In this document: piece after piece, positions 49,101 through 60,443 of the stretch | How the letters are laid out: each line of letters opens with the position of its first letter | Numbering within the stretch: position 1 is the first letter of the stretch | Source of the DNA: Antedon mediterranea | Taxonomy: Eukaryota; Animalia; Echinodermata | NCBI RefSeq assembly: GCF_964355755.1 | Contig: NC_092671.1 | Coordinates: 40,682,304 to 40,746,303 of the forward strand | Reading direction: 5' to 3' | Length of the DNA: 64,000 nucleotides | The notes under the pieces: model-generated | What the model saw: the letters and a program-made list of their open reading frames with translations, nothing else | Told to the model about the DNA's origin: nothing | The model's database searches: none | Made by a program: the position numbers and the translations under genes

Positions 49101-52100
49101 TAGCCCTTCAAGACATCGAAAACCAGGATATTGTAAACATTCGCAACGCAACGCGGCTTGTCATCTTGCGTCTGTTGCTGTTCTCATTAGGACAACCAGC
49201 TCCAAACTTAGCACACTTCTTCTTGGGTTTTGACGTAAGAAAACCAATTAGTAAAAGTAGCCTCCAAGATCCAGGTGAGAAAAATGAAAAGAGATTTTTT
49301 ATGAATTTCTGTTATGTTTAACTAACTCAAAATCATTGTAAATCTTCTATCATTGTACATACAGATTCTGTGACAATACTGTGAGTTCTTTCAACAGACT
49401 GCAAGCGATATGAAATATGAAATTAATTGTATTCATTACATTCACACAGGTGTTTTAGGGTCACCGAGAACCTGTCTGCATGCAATCCTAAGCATACTGG
49501 AGAAGGGTACTGGCAAAGGCTCAGGGTTAATCTCTATACATACAATGCCAAAACTAGCAGAACATTGTTATCAGATGGTGTACCAATTATGTTCCAATAG
49601 TGAGACATCAATTTCAATCATGCGCTATTTGGGAATGACGCATAATTTCTTTTACCGTCATCTTAAACATGTTCCTTTTGTGAACAGAATTGGACGTAAG
49701 TAATAATGTTTTTTTTTTGTGGAAAACTATAAATTTTGATTATTTTCAATTTAACTTTAATTGTTAGGTATATACAAATAATGAATATTTATGAGTAGAA
49801 TTATGAAAATATTTCATGTTTTGAAAGATTGTTCTATTAAACATGGTGGAGCTCAGTTAAATAAAGGTAAAGGTAAAGATCTACCAGACCAATCTTTATA
49901 TTTTTTACGATCACTTAATATTGTTTTAAACAGAAAACACAAATGAGAAATTGCTACTAAACCAGCAAGCATGGTTACTTAAATCTGTAGCTGTAGAAAT
50001 ACGTCTGACTTCAGTAAATAGACAACGCTCTTACACACAAAGACTTCTTAAGTTATTATTAGAAGATGTACCATCAACTGTAGTAGACCGAGGTAAGATT
50101 CAAAACTAATTTATATCTTGGTTTTATCAATGTTTGTACATTAAGCATGTGTTATGTAATATTTCTTAATTGTTTGCTCCAATATAGATGACAATGATGC
50201 CGAAGTATATGGTGAAACTAACCAATCAATTATGGAGACTACATCTGGACAGCAAGTTGGACCAAACATTTTAGGTATCTAGTAGCATCATTTAACTTTT
50301 TATCATATTTGTTGTATATTAAAATTTACCATTTTGATCAACAGAATGAAAAAAAATGAATAAATAAAACATTATCGGATATTTCTAAAGCAAAATAAAT
50401 TCCTTAAAATGATGGTAAAACATTTTAATTTCTAACTTTGTTTATTTCTAATTTTGTCACAGGTATACAAGTAAGACGAAGAATTTTGCAGATTTTAGAC
50501 AGTATTGATCTTACTCAGACTTACCCAGGAAATGTTCAGCTAGACTTACTTGAACCTTCCGTCACAGAGCAGTTGATTAAAGCGTGTGAACAACAGATGG
50601 ATAATGGTATGACACTCTGTAACATACATGCTTTACATAGGGAGTTGATCGGTAGGTTGAATGCACAACAAGGTCCAGCTATTGTGGGAAATAGACCTCG
50701 AATTTTACAGGTATGACAATTATTCTTAATTTTTCCATTTTATCATATTTTTAATGTTTTATATACGTGACAAGCAAGACAATTTTCAAGCCAGAGTGCT
50801 TGACTAAATAAAATAATTGAATTGGATATTCTGATTAGCCGTTTTGTTTGATCTGAAACTTGCCACATAAATAAAAAGAATTAAATTGTTTTAAAAACAT
50901 TTCTATATAAGTATTTTATATATATTATATTTTTTTAAGCAAAATCATATTGTGTATATTTATGCAAATTTTGGAAAAAAAACCCACATTCTTAGCCACT
51001 GTTTTTTTTTACAAATAGGAAATACAAGAAATATTGAAGAACGTAGTTGAATGCAATCAATCAAAGGAGATGGCTGGTGCTAAACGTCACGCTCTTGATG
51101 CTTGGCGACAAGTTGTAGAGATCTTGTTTGCTTCTTGTTCTCAAGACTTACTTCCTCTAGATATCAGAGAAACTATTCTGTTGGATTTGATTCAAGAACT
51201 ACTCACTAAGGTGAACATTATTTCTCAATTAATTTTTACAATTCTAAACGATTTTTTTAACAGTATTTGTAAAAGTATTTTAACATATAAATAGTATTTT
51301 AACATTGCCTTTTTGCAATTTGATGCCATGCAAAACAATTTTCCATTTTGAAGTGCACCAATAAAATTTCTTTGTGAAAATGGTAAAGGCATGTATAAAA
51401 TGAAATATATTTGGATTTCAGGTCACTGATGATGCTACAGTACCTGAACTTACAGCTCCAGTATCTGGCATCCTTATAACACTAATGACAAATTTACTGC
51501 AGTGTGTTGTAGTAGATCAGTCTAAAGCTATCCCAGAACAGCTATCTACACAATATGTTCACATGTTAGATGGGTCAGTTATTCATGGTAGTGGAACATC
51601 ATTTGGAGGATCTGGAGTCATATCTGCTGCTGTTCTCACAGAAATTCTAAGAAAATTCCTTACATTTTTAGTTCAGTCAAGTAAGCATCTTACTATTTGG
51701 CATTGTGGCACTGGAACTCATCAGTAGTCACAATATCAAGATTTCTCTTAAGCCCTGTCTACACTATTAAACTTTATGTGATGTGCCCATATATGGACAT
51801 GATGATGTCACATCACTACAATATTTGGGCATATTACCAGCATTTGGGCACATCACACAATTTTTGTCAAACTAGTTTGATAGTGTAGACAGAGATTTAT
51901 GGCCCCAAACCAGTGTCACAACCTGAACTCTATAGTACCCTTTTACACTATCGACTGAGAGAGGAACACGAGTTGAACTCGGAGGCAATTTCCATTTACA
52001 CTAGCCAAAAAAACTGCGAGATAAACTCGAGTTGCGCCCATTTACACTACATCGATCACCCCGGTGCTGTCAATCAAATCACTATTGCAAGCGCACACGT

Positions 52101-55100
52101 GGAACTTAACTGACTATTGTTTAAACGTTTAAACACTGGAACATATCGACAAATCTCATAAAAACATAATAATCTGAATTTACACACAATTTATTTAATT
52201 TTGAATGTATAGTCCAGTGTAATATTTTCTTTGTAGCTATTAAGATTATCATTTATTATTTTAAAAATTAGGGCCTAACAATTATTTTTCTTTTTAAAAT
52301 GACTGCATTTCCGCCTTGTAGACTGTACGTACATTAAATAGGCTTTAAATTGTTAGGTTGGCATAAAAATAGTGTAGGTATGGTAAGTATTTAAAATAAA
52401 AATGTATTTTTTAATTAGCATAACAATGTATCAATGAAGGAAAATTATTATATGGTACTTTTTTAGTTCCTAAAAAAGATATCATTTTCATCCATTGAGA
52501 CATCAGTATTATATATATTTTCCCCCTTTTCAATAATTAGGCCAACATAAAATCGGTCAGGGTAGAGTTACATCAATATTACATTATTTTAGGCTTTCTG
52601 GTAAGGTAGAATGCACACGAACAATTTCAATATTTTCAGCAGAAAAGAAAACTCACAAATTTGTTTGTGCCTTTAAAAGAAACTTAACGAACAGCACAAT
52701 ATATTGTACAATTATTATTGTAAGCAAAAAAATATATTGTTTGTATTTCTGTGACAACATGTTACATTTTCACGTCAATGACCTTTAACAGCTCGGTGTT
52801 GAACCACAAAAACCGTTTACACTTTGTGTATCCGGTGTAGATTCGACTACACCGGAGAAGGTACATCGGAAAACATTCAGCTTCGTTTCACCCCGGGGAG
52901 AGCACACCGGGGTGGTTGGATTTTCCCATTTACACCAGTCAATAAAAATCACAACACCGGTGTTTAACGGCCCGGTGTACTAACAACCGCGGGGTTACAC
53001 CGCTGTTACGGTGATAGTGTAAAAGGGGTATAGGAAACAATTCATTTTAGAGTTCCTTGTGAAAGTTATTGAGTAATGTATTTGTTTATAATTTGTATAC
53101 AGGTGCTGGTCATGTATTTGTTTATAATTTGTATACAGGTGCTGGTCAACTACGTGTCCGTAGCAACCTTTATGGTGCATTGATGAACTTTTTACAAATG
53201 CCAAAAAAAGTTAATGAGATTCCAACTTTAAAAGGCCGTAACGTGCTTGATTCGTGTATGTTGTCAGAGTATGAAAAGATGACAACAGCAAGTCTAGTAG
53301 TAATCAATGAATTTGGTGATAGTTTTATGGAGTTGGTGTGTAGAGACGCTTGTGATGGGCATGATGTTGGAAGGGTACAGTATTATAACATTGTTTTTAG
53401 ATAAATCCAATTTAATAGTCGATTATGTAATTTTGAAAATAACTAGCAGTAAAAATGTTTAAAACTTTTTCTTAGATGTTAGCATTGTCGCTGATGGATT
53501 GTATTCTATCAACTGACAAGCAGAATAGATGGCTTCACTTTCTTAACTCAAAGGGATATCTGAGACACATAATAGAAAGTCTGGTACAAGAAGACCAGTC
53601 ACTGCAGGATATGTTGAGACCAACGCCAGAACCACTGCGTGCACTCTACATTTATGAATCCAAAATGGTAAGTAAACCAAATTAATATTCAATCAATATC
53701 AAGTGATTTTTGCTCGTCCACATGTAAACCAATTATTTTGTTTCATCCAATATTTCTTTAGTCACTTCTGACACGTATTGGTGAAACTACAAATGGAGCT
53801 GAGGTGCTCCTGCAACAAGGAATTATGGGAAGGCTATCTGAGTGTCAGTTTCTCGAATTACGACCGGAAAGAGACATAACCAGGTTGGTTGGTTGACTTT
53901 TTGTTTTTTTTGTACTGAAACTGATCTTTAATATATTCCAGGAATCACTATTACATTTCTGTATATAGTTCTTTACATTAAACCATCCACATGTGCGACG
54001 TTTCGACTTGTTATACAGGTAGTTAATATAAAAACCAGTTGAAAACATTTTTCAAAGCTATTACCTCTGTTGAAATAGGTTTTTCTTCATTTTGCGTATT
54101 ATTGTCATGTACAGGAGAGGTGATGGTGCAGGAGACATTGTTAAGTCTGATGCCTTTATTCCTACTGTATTGCACCGGTACAGACAGCTTTTGTTTCCTG
54201 TTCTCAAACTGTGTATTGCTATCATGACCTCTCTTGGGGGTCAACATAAAGAAGCCACAAATCAGGTAAATAAAACAATAGTATTTGTACAGTTGTATTT
54301 TTGTGAGGGTCCCAAATGATCACCATCGGCTGGATGGACCCTAATGATCAGCTTCGGCTGGATGGACCCTAATGATCAGCTTCAGCTGGATGGACCCAAA
54401 TGATCAGCTTTAGCTGGATGGTCGCAAATGATCACCTTCGGCTGGATGGTCCGTAATGATCACCTTCGGCTGGATGGACCCTAATGATCAGTTTTAGCTG
54501 GATGGACCCTAATGATCAGTTTTAGCTGGATGGACCCTAATGATCAGCTTTAGCTGGATGGACACTAATGATCAGCTTCGGCTGGATGAACCACCCCTGT
54601 AAAATATTGTTGAAATAAAATAAATAAATAAAAAGAAAGAAGAAACATTTCAATTTAATTATGTGGACATTTAGAGAAACATTTGTTTTCACTCTCGGCT
54701 GCTTACTGGAGTTAGTTACATCAATTTTGTATTTTAAATGATTAGATTCTACGTTTTGTGTTCTCTCACTCTGAACTGTTTACCGCAATCCTCCGTGATC
54801 ATCCATCTCATATAAGTGTGGAAGCTTTTCAAGAATTATCATTAACTACTGCAGTAATCTGCAGAACAGCAGCAGATGGTAAGACCTCATAATAAGGATA
54901 TTTGATAGATTGTATTGGTTGTTTGTTCACAAAGTTTGCTACAGGTTAACGCTTTTGGAATGTGATTTTGCATATAATTACAGAATTTAAAAAGCATATA
55001 TTTGCAATAAATGATGCAAAATATAAATAATATTTATATATTAAAAATGGATTTTGAAAATGAGTTTTATTTGTTTACAAATATATTTTTGTGTGTGTAG

Positions 55101-57280
55101 TTGATTACTATGGTGGTTCACCTTATGATGCTATTGGCCAATCACAGCTTGTTATTCAAGGGCATTTAAGTAGAATACAGAGACAGATATTGGCATTAGT
55201 GCCGCGATATTGTATCCATGATCACTGGAATAAACGACTTAAATTAGCAAGTGAAAATGAAATTAAGGAAGAAGACAAAGAAAAGATACGCCTTTCACTA
55301 CTTGAGGTCAATTCAAATATCATTGCTTACTGTAGATCAGAGGTTTCTAGTACAGGTAGGTTTTATTTCTTTAAATGTTGCTGTTTTACTTATTGTTATT
55401 GTGCAACTGTTAAAACAATAATTGTTTTTAAATAAAAAGAATTCATTTTTTTATTAATTCATAAATGTAACTATTATTCAGGTTCAACTGGACAGTCCTG
55501 TAATGTTCTTTTTACACCTAGTTTATCTGAAGCATTGACAAGAAATTATCATCAAGTTACAGGTATCATTTTAGAACATTTTTTGTGAAAAATCATTAAT
55601 TTTAATTTAGTAATATAAATTATTGTTAATTATTATTTGTTAATTATTTTATTTGACTTAGAAATACCAATGGCATCCTTAAGTGCAACCAAACCTCCAA
55701 GTCTTGGTCTAATTGTACGACATTTGCAACAGGTGGCAAACACATTCTTACCATCATTTGACTCTCACCAACAATTAGTTCATAAGCTGTCAAACATTTC
55801 AGAATTATCTGCTGAAGAACTAAAAGAGGTAATATGTTTAAGGTTATTATACTATAACCAACTTCAATACCTATTATACTTTATTAAGGTACAGATATTG
55901 TATATTGAATTTTTTTTAACGCGCATTGAGCAGTGGTATGTGCGCTATATAAATCCATATTATTATTATTGTATTGTTAATACCTACAATGTAGATTTTT
56001 ATAACATAAAATGTGTATTTATTCTTCAAATTAGTTTATTAAACCAGTTTTGACAGACAGAATTGAGAAATTATCAACAAGTTATAGACAACAAGTAGCA
56101 TGTGAACAAATTGCTCAGATGATCTGTATGAAAGCCAAGGAACTTGCTCTTAAATACTGTATCCTTATCAAACTCAAACGTTATTCACTTTACTTTTTAT
56201 TCAAAATTCTCATAAAAACAAATACAAACATACGGAAACAAATACAAGACAACATCAACCACAAATGTCTGAGGTATTGATTGTATAAAAATTAGTTGGA
56301 ACTTTATTTTATGTTTTTCTATTCCTGAACACTCTAAAAAGATATTTTGGAGAATTGTCTTTTTCTGATTTGGCGCCATCTAGAGTTTTATTTCATTCAC
56401 TGCCAGCCAACTGACCTGAACAATTCCTTGTTACCACCGCTAATGTCAAGAACTCATCAAGCGAGGGATCTTGCTGGTAAGTTAACAAAATCTTTAGAAT
56501 TTATATCATTTTGCTACCTGTGACCACTCAGTTAATATCTGAACAATATTGTTTTTTAGACCCATTTAACTTGGATAGAAGTGGCATTGACGATGGAAGT
56601 GAGCCATTGACTGGAAATCAAACCAAGTCTATCTCTAAAGCCGATATTCAACAAGTAAGCTTTAATATACAGTATATATGATAAATTAATATTCACAAAC
56701 ACTAGACATTTCTTTCCAATCATTTCTCTAAACCTTATTACATTCTTATTCATTCATATTAATGGAAACTCACAACCACTATCATGTTTACCATTAGTTA
56801 AGCTCTGTCTACACTATCAAACTTTGTGTGAAAACAAAATTGATGTGCCCATATATGGCTATGATGATGTCATATCACTACCATATTTGGGCACATCACA
56901 CTTGACTTGTTTTGTCAAACTAGTTTGATAGTGTAGACAGAGCTTTAAACAAAAGCACAAAAAACATAGTAATATTTAAACAGCCTACATCTTCAGTGTT
57001 AATCTATTTCAATAATCATTTATTATTAATACCAGTATTACTACTGTATTACCACTTTAAATTTGTTTAGTATTGTATTTGAAAATGACAATTTCCTTTG
57101 TTTTTACAGCTAAAAGAAGAAGCGCTGAACTGCCTTACTGAGTCAGTTCTTCAGAAATTCCGAGACATTGAAACCCAATATGGCAAGACTGTGTCACGGT
57201 ACAGCTTTGTATCTGTCCTTGCCCGTCGAATCCGTAGACTTCTCACAATTGGAATTCAAACAGATATTCCTATTCGATAA
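37193..57280 (+). CDS. NUP205: Nuclear pore complex protein Nup205, ~36 exons
   Basis: Exon 1 37193-37226 (MAANNSVAVNL), then 40873-41015 (WSPYKDL...KPDLISLLKNP), 41331-41502 (SDLFDLNEYSAVELLLAG) and 41821-42125 (GLPRGLVAVLLYYDG...TWTLEL). Later exons include APNLAHFFLGFD and ALYIYESKM. Last exon 57110-57280. Matches recalled metazoan Nup205. Confidence 0.95.
37427..39652. mobile_element. Foldback/Mutator-like non-autonomous element in NUP205 intron 1
   Basis: Inverted aagtcgccccatcgca arrays (37438-37635 and 39445-39642) and 8-bp TSD AACTGTGT (37419-37426, 39653-39660). Confidence 0.88.
39908..40640 (-). mobile_element. Longer Helentron/DINE-like element
   Basis: Same termini and GACA/GACC microsatellite as 2546-2655, in reverse orientation, with ~550 bp of extra interior and a duplicated core. 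Confidence 0.65.
44419..44601. repeat. 60-bp tandem repeat x3
   Basis: acaagattatagagattttaaaccattgtacaccatttatgcataaaagtacacatttac. Confidence 0.9.
45161..45273 (-). mobile_element. Short Helentron/DINE-like element
   Basis: Near-identical reverse complement of 2546-2655. Confidence 0.7.
47026..47361. repeat. 67-bp tandem repeat x5
   Basis: caattacttgacaccctcatccaaaacaactcc...gttggtg. Confidence 0.95.
47785..48040 (-). mobile_element. Degenerate SINE
   Basis: The minus strand shows tccttaggcaagacactt and cacccaggtgtataaaatggggtacc, motifs recalled from conserved-core marine SINEs. Confidence 0.5.
51751..51896. mobile_element. Harbinger-like MITE (family of 56801)
   Basis: agccctgtctacacta...tagtgtagacagagat with TTA flanks. 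Confidence 0.8.
51936..53030. mobile_element. Non-autonomous DNA transposon, Harbinger-like
   Basis: TIRs tacccttttacactatc / gatagtgtaaaaggggta and 3-bp TSD TAG. Confidence 0.75.
54315..54640 (+). repeat. 29-bp hairpin minisatellite followed by an (AAAT)n tail, probably an amplified LINE/SINE 3' stem-loop
   Basis: Unit aatgatcagcttcggctggatggacccta repeated about 9-10 times. Confidence 0.75.
56159..56341 (+). other. U12-type (minor spliceosome) GT-AG intron of NUP205
   Basis: 5' splice site GTATCCTT; branch-site-like TTCCTGAAC (56322-56330) 11 nt before the 3' splice site; no polypyrimidine tract. Removal restores LKY-Y-ILENCLFLIWRHLE. Confidence 0.85.
56801..56944. mobile_element. PIF/Harbinger (Tourist-like) MITE
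   Basis: TIR agctctgtctacactatcaaact and TSD TTA. Confidence 0.88.
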
Positions 57281-57939
57281 AATGTTGCTACCCTTTTTGT
57301 ACAATTATTTTTTGCTTGTTTTTGGCCCTGACATTGTTAATGAAGTTGAAGTCAACTGAATGTTCACATTTTGTTCATACTCAATGAATATTTTAAAGCG
57401 GAAATTGTAGCTTTTGCCTGTACAGTAATTATACCAGTAGTGTATTGATATGGTTTTAATATATACCTATTACAAATATACATTTTACATATACATTTTT
57501 TTTCTACTTACATGTATTTAATACATTGAAATACAATATTTGTCAGTAAAGTTCCACATTCGAAATTTATAACTATAAACATTTTGTATGGCGAATAGGA
57601 ATACTGTAAGTTTAGTAGTTATCAATTTAAGTAAAATAGTAAAAATTGTCATTTGGTGTAGTATTGCATTCATGATTAAAACTGAATAATAATAATATCC
57701 AATACATTCTGCTATATAACAGTGATTAGCAGTTGAGTCATAAGTGACAATACTGTATTTTCACTGTTCACCAATATTACAAAACTTACAGGTTAACTTT
57801 TTGATCGTGATGTGCGACATGTCCGCCCTCCCGTCTTCATAATTGTTTTATACTTTTTACATCTGGTGTACTAATACTATTGCTGTATGTAGTCAATCTT
57901 TAATACACACTAAACTAAGTATCTTTATTCCTTTCATTG

Positions 57940-58953
57940 TCACATCGCCTGTCTTAATGTGCACCACTGCTGCAGTGTACTGCCTGGCTTTTTAAATATC
58001 AAGTCCAAATCTGTACTTAATGTATCGGATTGGCAACTATATAACGTTGTTTCCATCTGTGTTTTGCTAACGCTGAACAGGTTTTGTTTACGAACAGCCA
58101 CTACGATACTTATATTCTATGAAATGGAAGAAAATCAGTAGATAGTAATAGACTGAGCATTTTATATAAAACTCATTTTGTACATTAAAGAATGGAATTG
58201 TGATAAGGATGTCTAATTAAAAACGATTTACATAGATGATGTATAATGCAACGTTAATCGTCTTGTAAATAAAGAAAACGAAAATCAATAAGTGGAGAGG
58301 TAGAATCGTTGTATGTTATTCTATTACAGGTCTTTACACTCATTCTAGTGAACATTATTTCACATTTAGCTTACAGGTAGTAAAACTCGACTTCTTACCT
58401 TTGTCTTGTTAAGAGGAACATTAAAAATCAAAGTTTCGCCAAAAAATGCTGAAGATGTTACTTTTTTAACTGAAGTTTTTAGCTTTACAAAACATTCGTC
58501 ACCATCGAACAGTTGAACCGTTATGAATATTTCTATAAATAAAAATGTGATAAGTTTACTCTACTGTCCGTGTATATTGGTCGCACTGATAGACATTGCT
58601 ACTGCAGGAGAGACATTATTAAAACTTACTAGTGGCCTTCTCGAATAAAATGTTTCTTGCCTCGATCACATTCAATGTTAGTTTTTGCTTAGGTGGAACG
58701 TAGCGTAGACATAATAATATTTCCCCTCTTTTTATCTGTCATAGTAATATAAAAACATAGGATGAAAAAAATCAAACATTCACGGATTCTGCAGCTAATA
58801 TGCCTAACCCCAGTTAGAATAAATGTGTGTATGAACTGTATCAAGTCAAAACGGTGCCTAAGAGAAACAACATGGTGCCTTGGTTTTATATTTTCTTACC
58901 GGAGTGTTTTTCTTCATCCATGTAATTACTTTACTCTTAGATATATCAGCCAT
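57940..58953 (-). CDS. Solo C2-domain protein (synaptotagmin C2B-like, predicted Ca2+-independent), 156 aa, 4 coding exons
   Basis: Exons 58953-58900, 58735-58630, 58532-58399 and 58116-57940 all have AG acceptors; the first three end at GTAAG donors. They join without stops: MADISKSKVITWMKKNTP/IKRGEILLCLRYVPPKQKLTLNVIEARNILFEKATK/IFITVQLFDGDECFVKLKTSVKKVTSSAFFGETLIFNVPLNKTK/NISIVVAVRKQNLFSVSKTQMETTLYSCQSDTLSTDLDLIFKKPGSTLQQWCTLRQAM*. AATAAA lies ~10 nt after the stop. Confidence 0.85.
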
Positions 58954-60443
58954 CTGTAAAAAGAATACTAAACCGGTTCGTTTTCACTACACACTTACTT
59001 AATTGTGTAGGCCTAAGTAGCTAAATATGAAAACATACTGAATCAAATCAAATCAAACAAGTAATTATCTGAACAAATCAAACTGACGGGTAAACTTCTG
59101 AACATAGGTTCAGCTTTTAGGCGTAGGAATCTTCAGTAATATTAATAATTTGTAGCAAATCGTGATGCATTTCACCTTTAAACGTCTATGCCTATTATTC
59201 ATAATAATCTATAATTGTTGCTCGGATTAAAGTCTCGTGAGTTACCAATCAATAGATTTATTTTGCATTCAATGACTACTTCGGAGATTATAATAATGGA
59301 CACGCTGCTTGCATTCAATGACTACTTCGGAGATTATAATAATGGACACGCTGCTTAACCACGCCGAGGGTATATTCTATCCCTTTTTCTATTACAGATT
59401 CACTATTTTGGCCAAATACAGGTAAATACTACAATGGATTGCTTAAATTAGAAGCGATTTTTTTATTATGATTAACCTTAACAGTTTCAAATCACTTAAT
59501 TTTATTTCTGAACCTCAGTCTCTGTGTCGTCCTTGTTCATTGTCCACACTTCATAGAATCAGTATTACAAAAGCATTGACCAATTTATAGGTCCATGGTA
59601 TAAGTAGGCCTATACTACTAACACAATTCTTTAAAACAAATCATTCAAGTTTCAAAGTGAGAACCTCATGCAGCTCTATTGTTGTCTTTGCTCAGCCCCA
59701 AGCATGGTGGGGTACTGAAGATTCTGATACATAAAAAAAATAATAGATGTAGGCCTACATTTCCGGGGATATTGCAGCTCTATTAAACAGTTAGGTATGC
59801 CGTGTGTTCTTATTCAAATTCAAATTTATTTACCTCCCTCAGGAAAAACAAATAAAAACTGTACAATAAAAGACACCAAAATGAAGATTCACACGAATCA
59901 AAAGATTCAAATGGTTTAAAAAACAAGTTAAATAAAGTGTTGCTGATGTTGTTAGGGGACAATACATCTTTAAAGATGCAAAGAATATATTGTTTTGAAA
60001 ATGTTTACTCACCTTGACCAAAAATTGAAACACACAAACAAAGTATTTACCTGAAAAAAACTGTAATTTAAATTAAAATAGTCGGATAAAATCGAAGTCA
60101 AGTGAGGTTTTGGTAGCGAATTTAATCGTTTTTTTGTCATTTTACATAAAGTGTAACATTATTTTTTTTCTATAGAAATAGAAGAATATTAACTTTGTTA
60201 AAACTACAAAATGGCCTATTCAAAGTCTGATTTTATTAATCTTAATTTTTCATGTATTTGGGGGACAATACATCTTCTTACGGTCCTCCCCTCCGATCCG
60301 ATCTATGTTGTGTCTACTATATCGTGTTCATTCACGCATGACTGTGATCTGCGGCATGCGATATGTGAACTATTGCATGCTTTTTTGCAGACCGCATGCA
60401 GTGTGTACGTGTATTGTCGGGGTCGGATGTCATTCAATTTAAC

